This document shows, one piece after another, positions 27,526 to 38,440 of a stretch of 64,000 nucleotides of DNA. Position 1 is the stretch's first letter, and each line of letters begins with the position of its first letter. This stretch comes from Felis catus (Eukaryota): contig NC_058368.1 of NCBI RefSeq assembly GCF_018350175.1, positions 166,100,001 to 166,164,000 on the forward strand, given 5' to 3'. Under the pieces are notes generated by a model. The model had not been told where the DNA came from. It saw nothing but the letters and a program-made list of their open reading frames with translations, and did no database searches. The position numbers and the translations under genes are program-made.

Positions 27526-27670
27526 TGATAGGATTTTACATATACTGATTCCAAGTATAGTCAAATAAGCCTATTTCTCTTTGGATCTAGTATACTCACA
27601 GAGCTAATCCAAGGTTACTGGTTTCACTAACATCAAAGATAAAGTCATGCTGCAAAGAAATCTATAGGAA

Positions 27671-28273
27671 TGAGGAGAAATGTGTGAAACTGAGAAAGGG
27701 AAACCAAAGGGACCCCATGAAAGAAAAAAGCTGATTTTTTCCTTTGCTTCTTTTCATGCTTCTATTCTTGCTAGTGTCTGTACCCTCACTTTACACATGG
27801 CTTAATGAATACCCACCATGTAAAGGTCAAGGAGTTTAGTTACTGATTTCCTTGGAATCTTCCAGCACAAAAATAACATGTTCCATGACAATAAAATGTT
27901 GTCATGAACATTTTTCAAGACCATCAACTCCAAATACCTTGAAGCCAGACCCCTGGCTCCAGGGTATAAATGACTTATGGAGGACACTTGAGCACTTGTC
28001 CTTGTTCGATCAGTTCCTGGATGCCTGAGAGGACACACACACCAGACCACTGTCCTCAGTAAAAACTCCAGACCCCAAGCAAAGATGAAACCCCTGTGCC
28101 TTTTCCTTTCTGAGTTTTCCAAACACTCTATCTGTGTTTTCAATAAACTTTGCTCTTACTTTGCTCTTACTTCGTCTTGGCTTGTGTTTGATTTCCATCC
28201 TATGGGAAGTCAAGGACCCTCTTGGTTGGTACTGTGGGACCCACTCTGGGTCCTTGATTCCGGCCTGCTTGCA
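27671..28273 (+). mobile_element. Carnivore ERV1-class solo LTR
   Basis: TG...CA termini flanked by 4-bp TSD GGAA; TATA-like 'ggtataaat' (~27963-27971); AATAAA 28142-28147; U5-like 'gaagtcaaggaccct'. Confidence 0.8.
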
Positions 28274-29689
28274 GGAAAACTAACCAAGAACCTTTTCTCA
28301 CAGACTGGAAGATAGCAGCACATAAGCATTCGTGGTTCTAACCTGTAGGTTTGTGTTGATTTTGTATGTGATCTATTTTTTTTACTCTAAAACCCCTGAC
28401 AAATTGCAGATGGACTAATTAGCAATAATTTGTTTTAGATTATCCATTTTTAATACACATTTTATATACTTAACAAATATAACTAAATTCTCATAAAATA
28501 AAATTCAACATAAAGGGGATAATTATCCATAAGCTTCCTGCAATCTAAAATCTATGCATGTAACTCAATTTAGATGAAAATATCAGATGAAAAGTATTCC
28601 TAGAATCCCTCTTTTTGCAAAGATGTCACGCTATGCAAACATGATAGTATTTCATATGTCAGCAACATTCCAACATGAGAGGACACAAAGGAATTTCAGC
28701 AAACAATTTTATGTATTTACTTTTTTCCTGCACTAAGAACTAGACTTCAAAGTTATTCTAGAATTGTATGTATCTTGCTATGGTGAGAAGGAGCATCAGA
28801 ATTTTTATTATTAAAATAGAAAAAAAAGAATAAATCAATGTTTCAGTTTTTAAAAGTAGAACCCAGTTAAAAAATAAATGAACACTGAGAGTTTATAACA
28901 ATTTATTTGGCTTTGAAAAAAAAAGATGAAGGACAAAGTTAAGCTAAAGTAACTATTCTCTATTCACTACAACTGCAGTAGTAAAGGTTGTTTAATATAG
29001 ACCCGTTCATATCCCCATGCTCTGACCTTTCCAGGGTTTTAGACAGAGTTCCTGAGTTACTCAGTAGGGAGACACTGCTTTCAGACCTATAGAACAACTC
29101 CTCTGTTTTCTGCTTGTTCACTTAGCTCAGTTCTCCACTGAACAATCTTAAATTTTTGTATTTAGTATAAAAATGTGTATGGTTACTAACTTTCTCAAAC
29201 CTCATGAACTCTTACATTCCCAGCACAGAATCAGAAAGGAAATAACATTTTTATTTCAGCAGCTTAGTTGCTTCAGAAATTGAGTATGCAAAAACACAAA
29301 AAACAAAAAAACAAACAAACAAAAAACAAAACACACACACATGGGATTCATAATGCAAAATTATACAGGGTGACTTAGTAATATATACTGAAAATCCTAA
29401 AATAGTGTAAAATCTTTGCACCACCATCTAATTCCTAGAATTATCTATTAATTCTATCTAACCTATTATTAATTATCCTAAATTAAATATCCTATATAGA
29501 ACAATTATTTTATTTAGTTGAATATTCAGAATGCCATTTTTATAAATATTTAAAATTATAAACCACAACTTTTTCAGCAATAATTGCAATTAAAGTACAG
29601 TACACTTGGTAGAATGTATTTGCAGATATTTAAGATGATGGCACAGCCAGTAAAGATTAAAGAATGGAAGAGGTAAAAAATACTGTACC

Positions 29690-31200
29690 CCAAAAGACAA
29701 CATGCTTAAACAGTTCTATATGTACAATATGTCAAACACTCATGAACTAGACTCTATAATACATGAAATGGTTCAGGAAATGTGTAAGAGAAAAACCCAA
29801 CCAATTCATTAAGCACTGAAGAAATTAATGACATAACAGGAAAAAAAGGTACTGAAAAGTAAAATGTGGTCTGACATAAACTATTAAATAATATGAAAGA
29901 AAAAAAGGGAAAATGGCTCAGTAGTAGAGAAGCTGATGATGTAAGTTACCTTCTGAATCATCTTTTCTCTCATTTGCTTAGACACCCTTACTAAATTTAG
30001 AGTGTTTTGATAAAATTCCACACCCACACCCACATGATAAAATGAACAAAGAAACAAAGAAACAAAAACAAGCAACCTCCTAATAAAAAAGTAAGAGTGA
30101 ATTTCCTTAATTTGGTAAAAGAAAACTACCAAAACAGTGCATACATTACATTAGATGGTGTAACTCTCCCCAACGTAAAACTAAAATTAGTAACAACACA
30201 AGGTGTCCATTATCAGAACTATTCAACAGTGTTTTTGAGAGCTTAGCCAATGCATGTGAATGTCCATGAAAAGAAATGATTTCTAATTGACAGGATCATA
30301 TGGTTCTTCTCTTTTTTTTTGTTAATGTGATGTATCTACCCTATGACCCAGCAATAGCACTGCTAGGAATTTATCCAAGGGATACAGGAGTACTGATGCA
30401 TAGGGCCACTTGTACCCCAATGTTCATAGCAGCACTCTCAACAATAGCCAAATTATGGAAAGAGCCTAAATGTCCATCAACTGATGAATGGATAAAGAAA
30501 TTGTGGTTTATATACACAATGGAATACTACGTGGCAATGAGAAAAAATGAAATATGGCCTTTTGTAGCAACGTGGATGGAACTGGAGAGTGTGATGCTAA
30601 GTGAAATAAGCCATACAGAGAAAGACAGATACCATATGGTTTCACTCTTATGTGGACCCTGAGAAACTTAACAGGAACCCAGGGGGGAGGGGAAGGAAAG
30701 AAAAAAAAACAGGTTAGAGTGGGAGAGAGGCAAAGCATAAGAGACTCTTAAAAACTGAGAACAAACTGAGGGTTGATGGGGGGTGGGAGGGAGGAGAGGG
30801 TGGGTGATGGGTATTGAGGAGGGCACCTTTTGGGATGAGCACTGGGTGTTGTATGGAAACCAATTTGTCAATAAAGTTCATATAAAAAAATAATAAAAAA
30901 ATAAAAAAAAGAAAAATGATTTCTAGTAAGCATAATTATTTATCTGGGTAAAGGAATAAAAAATTTATTTGGGGATTCAAAGAGTCTCTTTAATACAGGA
31001 GCAAAGTCTAACAAATATTTAATTATTTTGTGAAGGCACAGTGTTAAAACAACACACAATACGTACAATAACCTCAGCAGTATTAGGAAAATAGATTAAC
31101 AGAATAGAAAACCCAGAAACTGAAACAGTTATAAGGAATTGCTATATAAATATGTTAGCATCTTAGATCAGTGCATTAACAATGACAATTCACAAAGAGG
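29690..31200 (+). mobile_element. Old LINE-1 ORF2 fragments (host of the young L1 insertion)
   Basis: 'aacaacacaaggtgtccattatcagaactattcaacagtgtttttgagagcttagccaatgca' and 'aacagaatagaaaacccagaaa' are degenerate L1 ORF2 motifs. Confidence 0.6.
30286..30913 (+). mobile_element. Young felid LINE-1, 5'-truncated with 5' inversion
   Basis: Uninterrupted ORF2 C-terminus (LPYDPAIALLGIYP...WKEPKCPSTDEWIKKLWFIYTMEYY...LLCGP*), G-rich 3' UTR, AATAAA, A-tail; 12-bp TSD aaatgatttcta (30274-30285, 30914-30925); 30286-30336 is an inverted RT fragment. Confidence 0.95.
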
Positions 31201-32011
31201 TGAGAATCTCAAATCCAGGTAAGTTTGTAGGGAAAATGGAATTCATATGCATTGCTAATGACAATGTAAACTAATCAGTTCACCATGGGTGAGAAAAAAC
31301 TGATTGGAAGAGAAAAAATAATAAATTCATAATTGAAAGATATTTATAAATTCTAAAAGAGCTCACCTCATTCCAGGCAAACATTAGAAAAACTTCTTCT
31401 TAAAAGCCATACAAGGTGCCTGCCAATTAAGATAATTTTGCCTCGAAAATTTTAGACTACTCACCACACTGAACCCTTATTTTGAAAGTACCCCTCCCAA
31501 CAAAGTCCATTATACTTAGTTCTATTTTTTATTTTATTTTTTGAGAAACCTCTGCAGTGTTTTCCATAATGGCCATACCAATTTATGTTCCCACCAATAG
31601 TGTCCATGAGTTCTCTTTTCTCCACATTCTCATGGAAATTTATAACCTCTTATGTTTTTTATAATATCCATCCTACCTGGCATGATGTGAGATCTCATTA
31701 TGGTTCTAATTTGCATTTACTTAGCAATTAGTGATGCTGAGCATCTTTGCATGTACATGCTGGTCATTTGTATGACATCTTTGGAAAAATGTCTATTCAA
31801 GCCCTTTGCTCATTTTTAATCAGTATTTACTTATTTATTTGCTATTGAATTATATGAGTTCCTTACATAGTTTGGAGATTAACCCTTTTTCTGAGATGTG
31901 GTTTGCAAATACTTTCTCCCATTTTGTAGCTTGCCTTTTCATTTTGTTGCTGATTTCTTTGTTGTGCTAAAGCTTTTCAATTTAATGTAGTTGCACAGTT
32001 TTTTCTGCCCG

Positions 32012-32013
<2 letters not shown>

Positions 32014-32048
<35 letters not shown>
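32014..32048. repeat. (TG)n microsatellite within L1
   Basis: Visible TG run. Confidence 0.95.
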
Positions 32049-32049
<1 letters not shown>

Positions 32050-32582
32050 TATCCAAAACAAAACACTGCCAAGACCAATGTCAAGGAGGTTTTATTTATG
32101 TTTTCTTCTAGGTGTCTTATGGTTTTATGATTCAGGTCTTACCTGTATATGTCTTTTACATATTTTGAAAAAAATTTTAGAAGTAGTGTAAGACAGGGAT
32201 CTGGTTTTATTCTGCATGTGTAAAAGCACATTTATTCTGCAGTTTTCTCAGCACCATGTATGAAACAGACTACTCTCTCTCCATTGTATGTTCTTGGCAC
32301 CCTTATCAAGGATCAGTTGACTGTACGTGCTTGGTTTACTTATGTGTTTTTTATTCTGTTCCATTGGCCTATGTTTTTGTTTTTGTTTTTTTGTTTTTTT
32401 GTTTTTTTGTTTTAATACCAGTACCATTATCTCTGCTAACTGTAAGTCTGTAATATAGTCTAAACCAAGAAGTACGAAAGCTCCGGGTGTGTTCTTGCTC
32501 AAGACAGCTTTGGCTACTTGCAGGCTTTGTGGTTCCACACAAATTTCAGGATTGTTTTTTCTCTTTGTGTAAAAAATGTCAC

Positions 32583-32894
32583 AACAAAACCCAGCAGGTG
32601 TAAAAGCACTTGTGATGGGAGCAAGCCCAATACGTCTGAAGAGTAAAAAGGCCGATATAGCTGAAACATAGTGACCATGGAGTGAAGGAGTATGAGATGA
32701 GAGAGTCGGGGCAAAATTATGAAGTGCCTTGTGAGCCATATTTGAAAATGAGGATTATATTCTGATTGTGATAGAAACCCATTTGAGGATTTGAGCAAGG
32801 GACAAAGACAAAAATGGCTGTTCTGCAGAGAAGGAGTTTTAGGTGGACAAAATGAAAGGACACCAATTAGGAGATGACTGCAATAGTAAAGAAA
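32583..32894 (+). other. Retroposed insert of antisense L2-derived sequence flanked by 12-bp TSD
   Basis: aaaaaatgtcac at 32571-32582 and 32895-32906; insert has antisense L2 motifs and ends 'agtaaagaaa'; host L1 is contiguous across it. Confidence 0.75.
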
Positions 32895-33093
32895 AAAAAA
32901 TGTCACTGAAAGTTTGATGAGGATTGCATCGACTTTGGGAGATTAGGTAAAAAGGACATTTTAATAATATTCTTTTAATTAAAAACACAAGATATCTTTC
33001 CATTTATTTATGTCTTCTTCAATTTCTTTCATCAGTGTTCTATAGTTTTCAGCATACAGATCTACCACCCCTTTGGTTAAATTTATTCATAAG

Positions 33094-33307
33094 GGGGGCA
33101 CCTGAATGGCTCAGTTGGTTAAGCGACTGACTTCGGCTCAGGTCACGATCTCCCAGTTTGAGGGTTTGAGCCTGAAGTCAGGCTCTGTGCCAACAGCTCA
33201 GAACCTGGAGCCTGCTTCGGACTCTCTGTCTCCCTCTCTCTCTGCCCCTCCCCAACTTGTGTTGTCTCTCTCTCAAAAATAAATAAACATTAAAAAAATT
33301 TTTTTAA
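33094..33307 (+). mobile_element. Can-SINE (felid type) nested in L1
   Basis: Head, CT tract, tail; TSD ttattcataag (33083-33093, 33308-33318). Confidence 0.95.
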
Positions 33308-33488
33308 TTATTCATAAGAATTTTATTGTTTTTGATGCTGGTACTAATGGGATTTTCATAATTTCATAAATCTTAATGAATTTTTGTTAATTTCTCTTTC
33401 TTTGAGATAGTCTATTATTATTGGGTAAAAACAAGTATTTTGTATATTAATTTTGTATACTACAACTTTAGGAATTTTCTAATTAGTT

Positions 33489-33504
33489 TTTTTTAATGTT
33501 TATT

Positions 33505-33550
<46 letters not shown>

Positions 33551-33707
33551 CACAACCAGGGGAGAGTTAGAGAGAGAGGGAGACACATAATCTGAAGCAG
33601 GCTCCAGGCTCCAAGCTGTCAACAGAGCCTGATGTGGGCCTCAACTCATGAGATCATGACTTGAGCCAAAGTCAGATGTTTAATCGATTGAGCCACCCAG
33701 GCGCTCC
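33489..33707 (-). mobile_element. Can-SINE nested in L1
   Basis: Reverse head 'gagccacccaggcgctcc', long (GA)n; 20-bp TSD taggaattttctaattagtt (33469-33488, 33708-33727). Confidence 0.96.
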
Positions 33708-33849
33708 TAGGAATTTTCTAATTAGTTCTAACAGTATTTATTGTGGGGGGGGGGGGGGAGGGAGCCTATAGGGTTTTCAATATATAAGATCATTTCATCT
33801 GCAAACAGAGGCCATTTGTTTCTTTCTTTCTGATTTGGATTTGAACTGT

Positions 33850-34870
33850 TGTTCCCTTATACATCATGGGTCTTTTTTTTTCCTCTACTGAATATTTAAA
33901 ATTTTTTCTCTTTAATTGGTTTTCTGTGACTTGATTTGGTATGCATCGGTGTGTCTTACTTTGTATTCATTCTGTGTATGTTTGCTGAGGTTTGTTGCTT
34001 GCTTGTTTTTGGTTGTTGTTGTTTATAGTATTTCTACAGTTTTGGCAAATCCCTTTAATAATTTTTTTTAAAATATCTTCTTCTGTCTCTCCTGTTGAGT
34101 ACTTCACTGCACAAATATTATACCAATTATTATTGACCACATATCTCAAATATACATTTTTATATTCTTCACATTTCTTCTCTTGATACTTCACTTTTAT
34201 CATTTCTATTGACTCTATATTCATTCACAGAGATTCATTCATTTTATGTGTGAATTACTGCTAAATATATCAATTTTTTTTCATATTTTGTACTTTCTAT
34301 TTCATATTTTTTCTTTCATTGGTTACATAATTTGTACTTTCCTCCCTCTGAAGCACCCTTACCAATACAGAGTATCCATATTTTGTTCTTTATATATTAA
34401 TGTATTTATCAGTATTAAAGTATCTTTCTGATAATTCCAATCTTTAGGCAATTTCTGATTCCCCTTTACTGATGCTTTCTTCTCTTGGCCAAGATATTTA
34501 ATTAAATTAACAATATTTTCATGTCATATATTTTCATAAAAGAGTACACCATTTATTGTGGGAAACTGGTAGTTTGTAGTGCTGACTCTCATTTAATTCA
34601 GTTGCATTTGGACTTTGTTGCAGTCTTCGTTTGATACAGTTCACGAGTGCTTTGATTTTGAATGCGATATCAGAACTTTCCCTTCTATAGGGCTTAAAGT
34701 TTGTGCAATCATGATCTTTTTTAGAGATTTCCAATCGTCTGTCATATTTTGATGTCACTGGAAAGTTCTCTTTGGTCTCCAGAATCTCTTTGGTCTTACC
34801 ACACATTGTGAAATCTCTCTCATTTATGCTTTCTTGATCCCAGCCTTTAATAATTTATGCCTTACAATTG
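33850..34870 (-). mobile_element. Old LINE-1 ORF1-region fragment
   Basis: T-rich, with antisense ORF1-like motifs ('tttctattgactctatattcattcacagagattc', 'tttctgataattccaatc'). Confidence 0.45.
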
Positions 34871-34878
34871 GTGAAAAT

Positions 34879-35371
34879 TATCAAGATTCTTAGTGTGAAA
34901 ATTTTCTCTATTTGCAAGCTAAAATATTAGTCTGCTACAATTTCACGTATGCTGGAAAAAGGCAGGAGGTTCCTGGGTCACAAGACAGTAGGTAAATTTG
35001 TTGCATATTCACATTGCTTCCCTTTCCCCACCAAGTCCTATGGTTACAAGGTGGTAGTAGACCCAGCTGGATGCTACACACATAGTGGGCGTGCATCACA
35101 ACTGAGTAACACTGAGCTTAGGAAACCCAAATCTTTATAATAGCTGCAAGCAAACCTGTAGAACCTTTGTCCTAAAGAGACATTTTGTGTTTGTTATACT
35201 GGACAGCAAAATATCGTCTTCTTGTTTAGAGGCAAACAGCTATCTTTTCTTTTCAAGGCTTTTTGCTATAAAACATTCTTGAAAAGATAATCCATGATAA
35301 AAGGCTGTCAATATCTCAAATCACAAGATATGCAGAAATGCCAAAGACCCGTATATAGTTGCCTCTGAACA
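34879..35371 (-). mobile_element. MER76-like ERVL solo LTR
   Basis: Reverse complement starts 'tgttcagaggcaact...gggtctttggcatttctgcatatcttgtga...atcttttcaagaatgttttatagc'; other end 'ttgcaagcta...atgctgg...cctgggtca' matches recalled MER76. Confidence 0.75.
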
Positions 35372-36529
35372 AAAAAATCTACATTGCCTGTCCTGGATTA
35401 GCTCTTCTGATCTGTCTTCAAACTTCAGTTTCCACTGCTCTGTAGGTACAGAACATCTCTCACATATCTGAGGGGCTATGTTTTTCCACTCACCTGCCCT
35501 GCCCTTTATCTTGGCATACCATCTGATATCTATATTCATTCAGGAATCGTCCATAAAAAACAATAACAAGGAGCTGCAGACTTGCTCTGTGACTAGGGTA
35601 ACTCAGAATTATTTTTTATCAAAGCAGTCTAAACATTAATGATTTGGCTATTGTTCCCTTATGATTAGCTACTCTTATTTTCCTAATTTCCTAATATCTA
35701 TTTTTCTGTTAACTTCTATCTGTATTTGGTTCTCTTTAGGATGCGATTATTGAATGGTTAATTACAACACCATAGTTAATTTCAGACCCTGAAGGAAAGT
35801 TACTTAACAATCTAATCATACCCATGTGTTCCAGAGATCCATGTAGGAGTCCACCTTGTCCCATTATTCCAATTGGGCTGAAAAGAGTTGCAGGTCATCT
35901 CTATCCTATAAAATCACTCTCTGCGTTTTAGTTCCTCAGGTCTTTGGTTTTATTTCCATCTTCTGCTTCCTAATAGCTATGATTTTATTAGCATATGTCT
36001 TGTTTTTTGTGTTAGGTTGAAGACAAGGGTTTCTTATTGTTAACTTTCTACATGCTATTCAGTAGTTGACAATTCATCTACCTTCTTGTTAAATAAATAC
36101 ATTAGTGTAATCATCATTATTTACTGATCCATCTCCTCTGTTGTTCTATTAAAATAGAAAAAAAAATGTTGTGGTTGCTTTAATTTTTTTCTTGTCGGTA
36201 GTTTTCAGAGAGAATTCTATTCCTCCCTGTGAGGCTTCCAATGTTACCCCACAGGACTAGGGAAAGTTATCAATGAGATCTTTCAACTGTTCCATGAAAA
36301 TCCTTTCCTTTCCCTGCACTGCTTTAAGAATTGTCTTGGTTTCTGAAGTTGTCTCTCCTTTTTCAATAAAGATCATGTCTAAGTGTATTTTATGGTAATT
36401 TTTCTTTTCCTTAGCTTGAGAGTTCCTGGTAGTTTCTTTGGTCTACTTTTATTTTCCATGTTCATATTTTAATTTCATCAGATTTCATATGAAGGTAGTT
36501 TGTATAAACTGGCTTCATTTCTCTATTTG

Positions 36530-36729
36530 TTTTTTTTTAATGTTTATTTATTTTTAAAAGAGAGACAGTGCAAGCAGGGGAGGGCAGAGGGGGTGGGGGG
36601 AGATACAGAATCTGAAGTAGGCTCCAGGCTCTGAGGTGTCATCACAGAGCCCGAAGCAGGGCTCAAACCCATGAACCAGGAGATAATGACCTGAGCTGAA
36701 TTTAGATGCTTAACTGACCCAGGCACCCC
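36530..36729 (-). mobile_element. Can-SINE (felid type)
   Basis: Reverse head 'caggcacccc'; 16-bp TSD ttcatttctctatttg (36514-36529, 36730-36745). Confidence 0.95.
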
Positions 36730-36978
36730 TTCATTTCTCTATTTGAATCCAGAAGTCACTAGTCTGTTTTCAGAAACATAACTTATTATGTGATCCATGT
36801 GATTCTATGAGTGTCTGTGTGTAAAAACTTAACCAACAAATACACTAAAAAATTAGTAATTTAGTGTCATAACACTTGGGTATGACATACACTTTGGCCA
36901 TATTTCTTTGGCTAAAGCCGGTTTGATACCATTTGCACAAGGAAGTATAATTTCCTAAAAAGCAAACAACAGCTATTA

Positions 36979-37191
36979 TTTCTTAAATGTTTATTTATTT
37001 GAAAGTGAGAGCACAAGTGTGATCAGGGGAGGGTTGGGAGTGGGGGGGGGTGGAGAAAGAGGAAGAATCCTAAGCAGGCTCTTCACAGTACAGCACAGAG
37101 CCCAACGTGGGGCTTGATATCATGAACCTTGAGATCATGACCTGAGCTGAAATCAAGTCAGATCCTTTACTGACTGACCCACCAGGTACCC
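36979..37191 (-). mobile_element. Can-SINE (older)
   Basis: 'gagatcatgacctgagctgaaatcaag' core; degenerate TSD aaacaaca..tatt. Confidence 0.92.
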
Positions 37192-37389
37192 AAAACAACA
37201 ATAATTTTTAATAATTATATGAGACCATGTAGGCAACTAGCAATGCCTGCTATATCACATATTATTATTTATCTGAAATAATAAGATAGGTGGATAATTA
37301 GTTAAAAGTTTATCAGAAAAAAAAATAGTCCAAATGTTCATATTCTCTGCTCTACAATATTAAAACTGAAAAAAATTAGAGATGAGAAA

Positions 37390-37416
37390 GAACAAAAGAA
37401 CGAAAGAAAGAAAGAC

Positions 37417-37460
<44 letters not shown>

Positions 37461-37482
37461 CAAGAAAGACAAGAAAGAAAGG
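37390..37482. repeat. (GAAA)n tetranucleotide microsatellite
   Basis: Long AAAG run with GACAA interruptions. Confidence 0.95.
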
Positions 37483-38232
37483 AAGTTCTCTTTAAGAGAA
37501 CTCTTCTGAGAATTTAATAAGTATGCCCTGCAGTAAGCTAGAAAAATTGAACTGTAGTCTGACTCCTGTGTGGAAAACCTAATGGCTGAGAGTGAGCTAG
37601 TGAGTCACTTTCATGGTAAAGTGGAAGAAAATAGTTGCTGACTTGAAATCAGCCAGGATTGTACTAGTCAAGGTCAAGGATAACTTGAACAGTGATTGGT
37701 ATGAACTAAGTGCCCATGTTTTTCTGGACTCCATACCTCCCAGAATTCCCACATGGTCTCATCAACCGGGAAAACATTTATAAGATTCAATTTTCCTGCC
37801 TCCTTCACAGGAGTGTCAAATTGTGTTTTGCTTTAAGAAAATAAAGAAATGACAAAACTTAGGTGTAGTGAGTTAAACCAAATATTCATTCTATAAAAAT
37901 GAGAATCAATATTAAAAAATCATGAAAGCTAGCATCCTCTCCAGTTTGTTTCTGTACTTTTCAACAATTTGTTATCATGACATACCATTTTTAAGTATAT
38001 GTATAGTTTCTAAATGTCAATATATTGGTCACTAAGAAGCTTCATAAAAGATCAATAAGCAAAGCAAAGGTAACTCTAATTTATTTACAAAGCTTTGTCA
38101 AAAAAACTATATAATTGTGTAATACACACTTTAAAAAATTTCTAAGCAGTGAATAGTATTTGTATTGCCAGTTGAAACAAATGTGATAAAACAATACTGC
38201 AAAGGAAATATCAATAGAAAACTAAATAACAT

Positions 38233-38440
38233 GGGGTGCCTGAATGGCTCAGTCAGTTAAGCATCTGACTTCAGCTTAGGTCATTATCTCATAGTTTGTG
38301 AGGTTGAGCCCCACATAGGGCTCTGTGCTGACATCTCAGAGCCTGGAGCCTGCTTCAGATTCTGGGTCTTCCTCTCTCTCTAGCCTTCCCCCACTTGTGG
38401 TCTGTCTCTCTTTTAAAAATAAAAAAACATGGAAAAAAAG
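38233..38440 (+). mobile_element. Can-SINE (felid type)
   Basis: GGGGTGCCTGAATGGCTCAG head, body, A-rich tail; degenerate TSD agaaac(a)taaataa. Confidence 0.94.

Larger units (their letters stand above)
31517..33840 (-). mobile_element. LINE-1 ORF2 3' half (intermediate age), with three nested insertions
   Basis: Antisense L1 motifs ('gagaaacctc...ttttccataatggccataccaatttatgttcccaccaatag'); minus-strand ORF includes 'TYSQLILDKGAKNIQWRESSLFHTWC'; ends 'tcatttcatctgcaaacag' (FADxM RT motif). Confidence 0.9.

Noticed and set aside
32248..32739. 163-aa minus-strand ORF
   Set aside because: Chance fusion of the L2-derived insert with frameshifted L1 ORF2 remnants; not a gene.
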